From the NCBI RefSeq assembly GCF_009914755.1, contig NC_060926.1: a stretch of 64,000 bases of DNA; one strand, 5' to 3'. A model generated the notes under the pieces. It was not told the DNA's origin and did no database searches. It saw only the letters and a program-made list of their open reading frames with translations. The first letter of the stretch is position 1; every line of letters starts with the position of its first letter. Made by a program: the position numbers and the translations under genes. This document shows positions 37,866 through 50,076 of the stretch, one piece after another. The DNA comes from the human T2T-CHM13v2.0 reference genome, Homo sapiens.

Positions 37866-37931
37866 CTGCTTCTCCTGTTGCTCAAATACCACGGTGTCAT
37901 ATTTTGGGGTGGCATGTCCTGAACCCCATCA
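37866..37931 (-). mobile_element. ERV1 LTR 5' tip (MER39/MER34-like)
   Basis: Reverse complement reads tgatggggttcaggacatgccaccccaaaatatgacacc. Confidence 0.6.
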
Positions 37932-38164
37932 TATCTCTCATGTCTCTCCTCAATTTTTTCTGCATCAGTATTCAAGGTCTTGATTCTTTGTTAGAGGCTA
38001 TTCAGTTTTAAAAGCCCCTCTCTTTATTGGAATCTTACCAAATAGTCTCCTGAGTCTGCCTCTCTTTCCTATAATTCATCCTGGGAATCAAAACTTCTTA
38101 AAAGATACTTTTATTAAAATAAATTTATCCTTTCACAACAGGGTAATGACCCAAATCCTCATCT

Positions 38165-38223
38165 TACTCCTTACAGCCCTGTAAGGAGTACTCCTTACTG
38201 CCCTGTAAGGAGTACTCCTTACT
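38165..38223. repeat. Tandem array of 24-bp palindromic units (about 2.5 copies)
   Basis: tactccttac(a/t)gccctgtaaggag starting at 38165, 38189 and partially 38213. Confidence 0.95.
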
Positions 38224-40142
38224 CCTACCGAAAACTTGTCTCTGCCAAGTAAGTGTATCTTTTATCACACAGCAGACTTTGCTCTTTCTAACCTTCCAGA
38301 ATTCTTTTTGGAACCCCACAATTTCTTTTCCTTTTGGCCTATCCAAAAAAAGTTACCATTAAAAAAACTGTTCATTGCAGCTCCTATTTAAATCATTCTC
38401 TTAAAATACAAACTAGAAGTAATCTTTATAGCAACAAGTGCCTGTAATGGGAGCACAAATAGATTTTAATCCACTTGCCAACTCCTATCAACTGGTGATG
38501 GTAGAGGAGGGTGCAGAGCTGAGGATTCTGATGTTCTGAACAGGCTCATCGGGAAAGTGTATGATGCGCTAAGGGAATATCTGATTGAAATAAAAATGAG
38601 TATCCTTTGATATAGTCAAGTGAGGATTGGTTAACATGACCCGAAGAGACAATACTTTCTGACTTCTAACTTATTGGCCATCAATGTTCTGAATATTTTA
38701 TTTGCAATTAATGATGCCTTTGCCCACAAAATCTCTTCCATGGATTTTTAGAAACAGTTGCTTATATAGTTATTTGTCAATTGACTTTTTCATCTGCTTA
38801 AACTCTATATCTTCAATTAAGATAATTCTTTGAGGGCAGCTTTATCTCCTCCAACAATATTTCAGAACTGGTACCCAAAAGTATGAGATTTGATTTTATT
38901 TAAAGAAAACTATAATAAAAAATGAGAGGAGTATGGTGATTTTAGCAAATGCTTAAAAATAAGGAAAAATATCCATTTTATTACTGATCATTTCCAGTTT
39001 AAACATTTTTAATTTCCACCTTCCTGAAAAGTGAGTTGTAAAAACATATTTATAGTTTCAAAAAATAAATAGAAAGGGCATATTGTATATTTAGGCAGAA
39101 ATTGATTTTAAATATCAATTTTCTGTTTTGAAAACCAAATATTTTTTTTTCAGCATGCACAAACTAAAATTATGGCTTATCAGTGAAGTTTTGTGATTCT
39201 AATTTAGAGCGAAAAGTGGACTTACTAGTATGTACGATCACCTTACTTCATACGTGTTTAAAAAGTTGAATTCTAATTTGTCTGATGTCTGGATCACTAC
39301 CTATCATTTTTTAATCAATAAAAAGAAAAACATTAAAATAATGAATTAAATTCTCAATGCAAAATATCACAAAAAATGAAAGCTAAACCAGATGCAGGCA
39401 GTTGAAATAAATACATGAAAGAAGAATCTACAGACCATCATTCATGAAAATTAATGCAATGTTACTAAATAAAATATTAACATACAGTGCCCATACCACA
39501 TAAAAATAGTACACCATGACATTTATTATAGCAATATAAAAAAGTTGTTTTAATATTAAGGAAACCATTCATATATTAAAGCATATTAATAGATCACAAA
39601 AAAACTTATAATTTTCTCAACAGTTGCTGAGAAATTCTTCAACAAAATTTGATGCCTAACTAAAAACACTCAAGAAAATGAAAGCTGAAATATACTTTCT
39701 TAACCTAATTCTCTCTCTCTCTCTCCTTGTACATATTTATATATGTATTTCTTTATATAAGAGATTCTTAAAGTATATATAATTATATGCACATATATAT
39801 CTAATATGTAGAAATTTATATATGTTGAAATATACATGTAAGACAGGGAGGCTTCTACAGTTCTCCTAAGTGGAGAGACAATTCCCTAAGTTCAGGAACA
39901 GGGAAAGGAAAGAATAATTTCTACCTTTACTACTATTCAACCCTTAAGGTCAATGGAAGAGACAAGAAAAATCAATAAGATACATAAGAATTGGTGAGGA
40001 AGAAATAAAGCTATTTTAATATGCCGTTGATGTAAGAGTTTTACCTGGAAAATTCTAAATAATCCATAATAAAAATAACTCAATAAAAGTTACTATGGTA
40101 GCATGATATAAAATTACTATACAGAAATTAAAAGCTTCATAT

Positions 40143-40447
40143 TGTGTCCATTAGGGCTTCCATAACAAAACACCATAAACTAGGTAGGTTATAAATGACA
40201 AAAAAATTTATTTCTCCTTTTCTAGAGAGTAGGAAGTCCAAGATCAAGGAGCCAGCAGATAATGGTGTCTGCGAGGGCCCATTCCTTACAGATGGCAGTC
40301 TTCTCATTGTGTCCCCCCATGACAGAAGAAGAGCCAAGGCATCTCTCTGGGGCCCCTTTTATAAAAGCATTAATGCCATTCATGAAGCTCCACAATCATT
40401 ACCTAATCATCTCCCAAAGGCCCTGCTTCCCAAAACCCTCATGTTGG
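40143..40447 (-). mobile_element. MLT1A-like LTR (3' LTR of provirus, missing its 5' end)
   Basis: ccataacaaaacaccataaactagg, ggaagtccaagatcaagg, cctaatcatctcccaaaggccc. Confidence 0.85.
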
Positions 40448-41138
40448 AGCCCCATCCCATGGCTCCACTAGACATTGGTCTAATGGAGCTCTGTGCAATG
40501 GCTCCATGCTTTTGGGGGATTTTACAGTCTGGGCCAATGAGTGGAGAGGCAGCCCTGATGATCTTGGAATTGACTTTAAGGTGATTATTTTATTGTCTTG
40601 AACAATAGTTCCTGGCTTCTTTTTAGATGGTTGAGGAACTTCCTTATCAGAATGAGCCACATGTTTGTATTCTATGACAAACAGACTGTAATTCTTTTCA
40701 ATTTGAATATGTTGATAATGTTACAAAACTTTAAGTTCTGCTTCCATTTTGATAACAATTCTGTCTATTAATCATTATTTTCTTCTCACATTTTACTATT
40801 TATTGTCAAGAGGGACCAGGCTGCTACTTCAACACTTTGTTTTTATATATTACCTCAGGAAAACACACAATTTTATCACTCACAAATTTTACATTCCACA
40901 AAATACTAGTGCATAAACACAATTCAGCCAAATCCTTTGTCATTTTATAACAAGGATAGCTTTTTCTCCATCGCCTAATAGCTCATTTCTCATTTTCGTA
41001 AGAGAGCTCATTAGAATGTCTTTTACTGTCCATTTTTCTACCCAAATTCTGTTCAGGATTACCCATGTGTTCGGATTTCTCTGCAGCTCTCCTCCTCTCC
41101 TTCTGAGCCTTCTTCAGAATTACCTGTAACAGTCCATT

Positions 41139-42003
41139 TGTGTTAGTCTGTTCCCACATTGCTATATAGAAATACCTGAGACTGGCTAATTTATAAAGAA
41201 AAGAGGTTTCTTTGGCTCACAGGTTTGTAGACTGTACAGGAAGCATGATGCTGGCATATGTTCAGTTTCTGGGGAGGCCTCAGGAAACATACAATCATGG
41301 GAGAAGTTGATATGATTTGGCTGTGTCCCTGCCCAAATCTCATCTTGAATTGTAGCTCCTGTAATCCCCATGTGTCATGGGAGGGACTTGTTGGGAGGTA
41401 AATGAATCATGGGAGTGGGTTTTTTCCTGCACTGTGCTTGTGGTAGTGAATAAGCCTCACAAGATCTGATGTTTTTATAAAGGGCAGATGCCCTGCACAT
41501 GCTCTCCTGCCTGCTGCCATGTAAGATGTATTTTTGCTCCTCCTTCGCCTTTCCCCATGATTGTGATGCCTCCCCAGACATGTGGAACTGTGAGTCCCTT
41601 AAACCTCTTTCCCTTTATCTATTACCCAGTCTCAGGTATTTCTTCATACCAGTATGAAAATGAACTATTACAGAAGGTAAAGTGGAGCAGGCATGTCTTA
41701 CATGACAGGAGTAGGAGCAAGGGGTGAGGAAAGGTGCTACACACTTAAAAGTATGTAGACTTTACATTAAAAGCTTAAGACTTTACTTAAAATTGTATAG
41801 ACTTGCCACTTAAAAATGACCAGATCTCACAAGAGCTCACTCACAATCAAAATCAAACAGTGCCAAGGGGGATGGTGCTAACTGTTCATGAAAACCACTT
41901 CCATGGTCCTCTCCCCTCCCACCAGGCCTCACAGTCAGGTCCAACACTGCGGATTTGCAATTCTATATGAGACTTGGTGGGGACAGAGATTCAAACCATA
42001 TCA
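41139..42003 (-). mobile_element. MSTA/MSTB LTR split by a THE1 insertion
   Basis: tgtgttagtctgttcccacattgctatatagaaatacctgagactgg ... ggggacagagattcaaaccatatca. Confidence 0.88.
41308..41672 (+). mobile_element. THE1 (THE1D/C-like) solo LTR
   Basis: tgatatgatttggctgtgtccctgcccaaatctcatcttgaattgtagctcc ... gaactattaca; TSD gaagt/gaagg. Confidence 0.92.
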
Positions 42004-42139
42004 TCACTCATGGCAATGTAGGCTTTTACTAGCATGCACTTCTAAACTTATACAGCCTCTGTCTATTACCCAGTGCCAAGGCCACTTCCACATATTAGGT
42101 ATTCATTGCAGTAGCACCCCACTTTTGGTAATAATTTCC

Positions 42140-42495
42140 TGTCTCAGTCCATTTGGGCAGCTATAACAAAATACTATAGACTGGATGGTTTATAAACAAC
42201 AGAAATTTATTTCTTACAGTTATGGAGTCTGGGAAGTCCAAGATCAAGTTGCTGGCATATTTGGGTATCTGGTAACAGCCCATTTTCTCATAGGTGGCCA
42301 TCTTCTCCCTGTAACCTCATATGAAAGAAGGCTATGGGGAGTCTCTCCAGGCCTCTTTTATAAGAATATGAATACACTCATGACGGCTCCATCCTCATGA
42401 CCTAATCACCTCCAAAAGGCCCCACCTCCAAATACCCTCAGATTGTGGAATTAGGTTTCAACATGAATAGAGGTACACACATTTGGTCGGTAGAA
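42140..42495 (-). mobile_element. MLT1A-like LTR
   Basis: tgtctcagtccatttgggcagctataacaaaatactatagactgg ... attaggtttcaacatgaat. Confidence 0.88.
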
Positions 42496-42952
42496 TCAGA
42501 GTTTTCCGAAGGCTGCTCTTTAGCAAAACTTTTGGCTTGTGCTCTCTCCATCATAGATGCTTGCCTACTGCTGAGTGAGATTCCACTTGAAATAGTCCCC
42601 ATGGTATCAGTTAGTGACAGTATACAGAATCAGTGTAGTCAAAGACCTCATCTAGCCCTTTCTCATTATATTCCATCAGGCCCCAGGAAAGTTTTGAGCA
42701 CAGTACTTGCTCAATCAATATAAGAGCATGAATTATTATGAATAGATTTCCCCCCAGTGGAATATGAATCAAAATTATATATGAAACTTATCACGGCTCC
42801 TGTTAAAAAATGTTTTCCTCTCCAGTGTCTGAAACCAGATGTGATGGTGCCATTTTCAGGTCTACAGATGGAAGACAGACCCTGGAAATGAAGGAACAAG
42901 AAGTGAGAAGAGGTCTGGGCTTTAAGTGATGCAGGAGGAATTGCTACTCCAC

Positions 42953-43310
42953 CATTTTAGTCTGTTCAGGCTTCTATAGCAAACTACCATAAACATGTCA
43001 GCTTATAAACAATAACCATTTATTTCACACAACTCTGAAGCTGGGAAGCCCAGCATCAAGGCAGAGTCACTGTCTGGTGAGGACCTGCTTTCTGGCTCAT
43101 ATACACGGCCTTCTCTCTGTGTCCTCACATGGCAGAAGAGGCAAGGATCTCCCTGGGGCCTCTTTTTTAGGCCGCTAATCCCATTCATGAGGGCTCCACC
43201 ACCATGATTTAATCACCCCCAAAGCCACCACCTTTTAACACCATTGCACTGAGGATTTGATTTTGATGTATAAACCTTGAGGAGGACTTAGACACTAGGT
43301 CATAATAGTA
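42953..43310 (-). mobile_element. MLT1A-like LTR (third copy)
   Basis: ttagtctgttcaggcttctatagcaaactaccataaac ... aatcccattcatgagggctccacc. Confidence 0.85.
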
Positions 43311-44819
43311 AAGAATTTTCCATTTACAATAGCAACTAAGAGTAATTACTTAGGAATAAGCTTATAAATAAATGTTGAAATCCTATATGAGAAAAATCTT
43401 AAAGCACTAATGAATCACACAAAAATGGAATTAAGCAAATAGAATATTAAACGTTTTCTTGGACGCAAACCCCAACATTATGATGTTGCCAGTTTTTCCT
43501 ATAATAATTTATACATTTATTGCAACTCCAATTATGAGGTAGAGTTGATTTATACAAAGCTAGACATGTTCATATTAAAGTTTGCATGGGTTAAAAATTA
43601 TGCAAAAGTAGTCATGCAACACTGAAGATAAGACAATGTAGGTTGGGGCCCTAGCCCTACCAGACACTAAAATATACCATAAAGCCATTAAAATAAAAAA
43701 GCTATATGATATCACATTCTGTTGGTGAGGCTCTACGATATTGGTGCTCTCATACATAGTTGGTGGGAATGCAAACTGGTACAACCTTCTGGACGGGAAT
43801 CTCACAATACTTAAGATTATGCATTCACTTACCTCTTGACTAAACATAGAAGTAGGTTCTATGAATCTACTCTTCAAAAAATCTGTAAAAATGCAAAACT
43901 TCATATGCATTGTCGCATTGTTTGCTATCACAATATGGGAAACAACCTAAATGCCCAAATATAGGAGAGTTATTAAATAAACTGTGGTAAATGTAACCAG
44001 TGGTGTATCATGCAACTATAAATATGCACAAAGAACAGCTCAATTAACGAATTGGTAGTGTTTTAAAGGATATATTTTTATTTTTACAAAAATTAAAAAT
44101 GCAAAACCCAACATTGTTTCTATAGTATATCACATTTCATATAACAAAGAAAGAGCTATGAGAAAATGTATATGCATTAACTCATTTATGCAAAATAAAC
44201 ACATAAAGGAAGAACCAGAAATGAATGAGATTTGTTGCATCCAAGGGTTGTTGGAAAGACTATGGAAAGATTAGAGAAGGGTAATGGGGTATTAGGAAGG
44301 AGTGCTACTATTGTGAGTATTCCCTTTTGTATAGCTTTGACTCCTAGGACTACAGCAATATCTTATATACATTCTAGATATATACATACATACATACATA
44401 AAATATACAAGGATACTGAGAGAGCATAAAATGGAATAAGCACAATAGGTTTGAAATCAACTCTGTTATAAATGGATAACAAAACCCTGCTAAAGGGAGT
44501 GGTTAAGAAAAGTACGAATCTCAGTAATTTTGGAAGAGTATCTTGGCTAGATAATGTGAGGCTAAAAACAAAAGAAATTGTACACAAATATCGTACTCCA
44601 GACAGTAAATTTGTTTTTCACAGGAGTATTGGTTAGTGATTCTGAACATACTTTATACATTAACTAAGATTAAGCAAATAGGTAAATATATTGTTAATGG
44701 TGAGAGTCAGGTTTCACTTTGTCAAACAATACAGTTATGCGTAAGAAAGGGATAAACGGTCAAATGAATCCTGTGATTTGAATCAACAGTAAAACAATAT
44801 CAGGATGAACTTATGCTAA

Positions 44820-44915
44820 CTATATGTCATTTATCTATTACTTATCTATATATTATCTATGATTCATTGTTTATCTATCTATGTAGCTATCTGTATCTAT
44901 ATCTAACATCTATCT
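44820..44915. repeat. Degenerate (TCTA)n repeat
   Basis: tatctatctatgtagctatctgtatctatatcta. Confidence 0.7.
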
Positions 44916-45441
44916 GCAAGTGTGAGTATACTTTCATATATTTCCTACTTCTGTCTACAAAGGTCTAGAATCAATGACACCCCAGTGGCAATGACCACAG
45001 CTAGCAACAATATTTTGGATTTCAATAACAGAAGTCAGGGATCCTTGGAGGAATAATTGATTCTAGGGCTGGAGCAGAGAAAATATAAAATAAATCCGAA
45101 ATATTTTGTGGTGTCAGAAACTAAGAAAATGCTAAAAAAACACAACAAACAAGAAAAGATAGGATAGTAAGATTTAACCTGAAAGAGATCCATATGGGCA
45201 AACTAAAGATAATTTGAGCCACTAAATAAATAGACATGATTATATAGATTATAATCCATAGAATAAAATTAATATTCATGAGTTTATACTTATGCAAAAA
45301 ATAATTGTATGAACAAATGTAGGGGAAAGGACAGCTTTTCCTTACAGTGGAATTCAATTAAATGTAGCATAAATTATAAAAACAGAAAATCATTATTTTT
45401 CAAACACTGTGGTACTAATGTTCAATCAAGAATCACCAGGA

Positions 45442-45740
45442 GGCCAAGCATGGTGGTTCACACTGTAATCCCAGTACTTTGGGAGGCTGAGGTGGGCGGA
45501 TCACCTGAAATGTCAAAAGTTCAAGACCAGCCTGGCCAACATGGTGAAACCCCATCTCTACTAAAAATACAAAAATTAGCTAAACGCGGTAGTGGGCACC
45601 TGTAATCCCAGCTACTTGAGAGGCTGAGGCAAGAGAATTGCTTGAACCCAGGAGGCCGAGGTTGCAGCGAGCTGACGTCACAACACTGCACTCCAGCCTA
45701 GTGAGAGAGTGACAAAATAAATAAATAAATGAATAAATAA
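45442..45740 (+). mobile_element. AluSx-like with (TAAA)n tail
   Basis: Full dimer; TSD aatcaccagga / aatcaccaaga. Confidence 0.95.
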
Positions 45741-48700
45741 AATCACCAAGAGAGATGCTAACATTAGTAGGTAAAAAGTCTGATGAAAACCAAATATGTG
45801 TATAGATCTAAGGAGCTTTCCATGAGGTACTTATTAATTATAGCATGTAAAATGGTAATTTTATGATGGAAAATTCTGGTAGATACCACCTCAACCAGTA
45901 ATCGAAGTTAACATCACAAGCAATGAAACATATTGATATAATTTAACTCCTGATATGATATACTGAGAAGGATGCATTGACAATTCTCTAGATTTCCTGC
46001 CAAAAATTCATAGCTTCAGTACTCATGAGAAAGCATCAGGCAAATTGCAATTGAGGAATGTTTCAAAAAATAACTGGCTAATCCTCTTTAATAGTGTTCA
46101 GGTCACCAAAGACTAAAACAGACATAAGACCTGTCCTATGATGTAAGATATGAAGGATACCTAATAGGTAAATGTCAGCTGGGAACCTGGGAACCTGAAT
46201 TTGGTTGGAAATTTGAATAAGGTTTGTAGTTTAGTTACTAGTATTGTATCAATGTTTATTTCTTGCCTTGATTATTATACGATGGTCAGATATGATGTTA
46301 GTGCTAGGGGAAGATAAGGAAAGGCTGTATCGAAATTATCTCCATGATTTTTGTAACTTTTATGTAAGTCTAAAGTTATTCAAAATCAAAAGTTTAAAAA
46401 CAATTGTTCTGAGATTCGATGAGAAAAGTCAACACAAGAAAGCTACAGAGAACAGTCTATTGTCCATCACATTGGCTGCACCGTTTCAATCTCTGTTTAA
46501 ATATATCTATTAAATCCTCTTTTCATTCACTTCCTTTTTAGATGAATTTTTATACCTAATCCATATTATTAGTGGCCTGAGAATATTTAGAATTTCTAGG
46601 ATCTCAAAAGAGCATATTTCAGTCAGCTTTCTTTCCCTCGGCACAGAGCTCATAGAGTTCTCGTGACATATTCATATCTGGCAATCTGTCCCTAGTTAAG
46701 AAATGTTAAACTTCTGTGATTTATTTTTATTTTATGTTATCACTCTACAAAGTGGAAAATGGGAAAGATGTTTATGCTCCTTAGCACTCAGAAAATAAGT
46801 TTGCCCTCTCTATATAAAAGAATAAGAAAACATTGAAAATAGTTTTGCTGTCTTAATTTTCCAATATTTTATCCTTGGTTCTGCCATACACAGACTGTCC
46901 CCCAAGCTTCTTATCACAAATTAATGATGAAAACCTCTTAACACATCTGTTTTACAGAGTTATACTTAAATAAAACTCAGATTACCAAGCTGTCACTTGG
47001 ATGCATGTTACTCTATTCATGTAGCTATTTATCTGTCATGTATTAGTTACCCGTGTAACTTTCATCACTATATATGAATTCACCAAATATGCACAATGGG
47101 TGAATTTCCTGCCTTTGAGATGCCGTTTGTGATCGAGCAGCTTGCTAGAGTTTCTGCCAAACTTGTAGGAACTAAGGGATGCACTTCCTGGAATTGGTTT
47201 GCCCTTATTCCTTACTTCAGTTCCTTTTTGCTGTCTAAATCATTGCCCTAGGATTGCTCCCGGCAATTTATTGACATATAAGCTTTGTCTTGAGCTCTGC
47301 TTTCTTAGCTTTCTAGACTGTATCAGCTGTAAATATGGATGATTACATATACCTCGGGGTGTTGTTGGGAGGACCAGCTGAGATAGTACATTGAGACACT
47401 TGTCAGGTGAGAGGCACTCATTAAGTGTCAGAGACCTTGTTGATCTCTCCTTGCCTCCATGCAGATGACATTCATGTTAGCGATCAGGTTTTCTACCAGA
47501 ATTGTTGTTCCTTTAGGCCTTGGATGTTGTGTTTTATCTTAACCTAAACAGCTACTGTTGCCACACTTGGATGGGCAAAGGTAACAAAATAATTTTTAAC
47601 AAATTTCCCAACGTTTCAGAGATACTCTCTACTATGCAAACTAAGAAGAAATAGGATTAAATTTCCTGTGCCTTACTTTGGACAAAATAGAGATATTTCA
47701 GACCACAAGGAGCACATGGGAAGCTCAAGATCCCATCATATTATCTGTCACTTATCAGGTCAGTCATGCTTCACAGACTGTTCTCAGATATTTCTGAAGT
47801 CTGCAATATTTTAGAAGGATTTCCTATTCATAAATTTACTATACAGATTACAGAGGAAAAGAACCCACAATGAAACTTTTAAATTACTTTTGCGGTCCAG
47901 TCTTTCTACTCTATCGGAAGGAGTATTTCCAGGGAATTTATTTTCAAAAATTATCATGTGGTTGATATATTATAGGAAGTATCATTCTTATTAGGCCTGG
48001 AAGAATGTCATTATTTATTAAGTGAATGAAATATAACGCTTATCAGTAAATAAAATGAGGGATAATGTGTCTTTAAATTTTTTTTTCTTGAATGGATGTA
48101 GTAGAAAGTAAGAACTCCACAGAGGCAGTTCAAATGAATTTGGCTCTCAGGTGGAGGTGAACCATTGACAGAAACCCCTGTCTTACTGTACCTACTGGAA
48201 GCAGCATGTGAAGCTTTCCCCAATATGCTTCCAGCGTACCTCCCACCACGGATGTTCACGGCTCAGTGCATCACGCGTCATGCCTCACTGCACCACCCAA
48301 CATGAGAAAAGACTCAAAATCCTTGCACTCCCAAAGGCTGGTATTTGAATAATTTAAGACTCTTTTTTTAAATGTTTGGGTGTCTCATGTTTAAGAATCT
48401 AAGACAGGTCGTCAGGCATTTCCTTAGTTCATCTATAATTGAAATCTCAAGGTTAATCACCGTGTGAGTTGCTTTTCCATATGAGATCCTTGGGAGACTG
48501 GCAGAGGCTACAGCAGTGGGCCAAATCACAGTTTGCTACAGTGAGCTTCATCATCTTGGCTGAAAACGCATTATCCTCTGAGCAGGTTGTCCATGGCAAT
48601 CCAGCTATAACTCCTCCCCAAATTCCCTGCGTTGTCAAGTCTGATTCTGTCTGCTTGTCGCAGAGGACGAGGCAACTCACCATTTTGGCAAATAGACTGT

Positions 48701-48769
48701 CACAGAGCTAATGCTGTGCGTAGTCCTTTGATTAATAACTAATTAAGTCCACGAGGAAAGAAAGACTCG

Positions 48770-49380
48770 GTGAGAGGAAATAATAGTAACACTTTTGGAG
48801 TATGTACAAGATGTTAGTCAATGAGGTTAAGGCTATATACATCACATATATTAATATTATCTCATTGTGTGTGTGTGTGTGTGTGTGTGTGAATAAAATC
48901 TCAGTTTTATAACTACTCAGTGAAATGAAACACAGAGAGTTTCTATAACTTGCCCAAGCCACAGAGTTAGTGATGACCTGTCCCACTCTGGAACTCAACT
49001 TCACACACCATCTTCCAAATTTAATTCGTTCAGTTTTCAACAATTTATTGAGTATCTACTATATGCTAAGCACTGTTTTAGGCATGTGAGATATGTAAGA
49101 AAACTAGAATTCCTTGCCTTCATCGAACCTGAAATAGACATGATTAAAAAAGTAAATTCCATATGGGTAGGAAGATCATAAGTGCCATATAAAATAAATG
49201 ACAAAGTAGATTAAGAGGAAAACAGCGTGCCAAGAAGAGGCGATCATGGCCAGTTACAATTTTAAATGGAAATGCTAGAGTAGAACTCGTTGAGAATTTA
49301 ACACAAAGGTATGAACTTTCAGAGTTTGCCTGTAAGTGTGGAAAATGCTTTCACAGAAAGGGACAACTGAGCTAGCTCTT
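48770..49380 (-). mobile_element. MIR fragment containing (TG)n at about 48867-48891, followed by an L2 3' fragment from about 49020
   Basis: taacttgcccaagccacagagttagtga; caacaatttattgagtatctactatatgctaagcactgttttaggc. Confidence 0.7.
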
Positions 49381-49647
49381 ACATCAAGAATAAAAATTCA
49401 CTAGGTGGAAAAAGTAATGGTATCTCTAAGGGGATTCAAAAAATGAGATAAGAAAAGACATAAAACGTTTGTTTATGTGTGTCTGCCTATGACAGAGGCA
49501 GAGGAAGTATCCTATCTTCTTTACCTACTACCTGAAGCCAACCAAAATTATTTTAGAACTTGTCTACTAAAAGTAGTTAGCACTTAATTCTTTTCTATTA
49601 GCATGTATAATGCAAAAGTGATAGTATTTTAACTAAAGTGATGGCAT

Positions 49648-50076
49648 CAGAATTGTACCGGTAAATATTTAATAACCAGTCCTTGAGGAAAATAGTTACA
49701 TTTGTATCAGTTGCCAATTTCCATGGTGAAAATATTCTTACCATAGCCAGTTTGCAGCTAACAAAAGAAAATTATCAAATGACAAATTGAGAAGAGATAT
49801 TCATGAGTGCCCCATTATACAGTATTTCTACTTCATACATATGAAACATACAAATAACCTAAAAAGCATAGGTAATAGTAAAAATTTACTATAATAATTA
49901 GGAATTGATGTACTTGAATAGTCAATGTGTTTCCTTTTAATATAGTTTATTTAACTGAAGTTTAGATACCTTAAGTTTTTAATAATTCTGGTGTTTAGCA
50001 ACTGACTTACGAAATTCTTAAAAACTGAAAAAAAATGGCTCCTATAGCAGTATGAGCTGGCTCCAGCAAACCACTG
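49648..50076 (-). mobile_element. MER63-like hAT-Blackjack non-autonomous DNA transposon
   Basis: Termini cag...ccggtaaatatttaataacc and gagctggctccagcaaaccactg; 8-bp direct repeat gatggcat at 49640-49647 and 50076-50083, the hAT TSD length. Confidence 0.85.

Larger units (their letters stand above)
40448..42139 (-). mobile_element. MLT1A-type internal sequence, interrupted by MST and THE1 LTRs
   Basis: Ends next to the upstream LTR with agcaccccacttttggtaataatttcc; cacaattcagccaaatcctttgtcattttataacaagga. Confidence 0.8.
39330..46400 (+). mobile_element. Ancient L1MC-like element (ORF2 remnants and long 3' UTR), interrupted at 40143-43310 and 45442-45740
   Basis: ORF2-like attctcaacagttgctgagaaattcttcaacaaaatt; resumes at about 43310 with ccatttacaatagcaac; L1MC3/4-type 3' UTR ending aagtctaaagttattcaaaatcaaaagtttaaaaa. 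Confidence 0.8.

Noticed and set aside
37474-40660. Paralogous small proteins sharing KPGTIVQDN
   Set aside because: Both come from decayed MaLR internal sequence; short and without coding support
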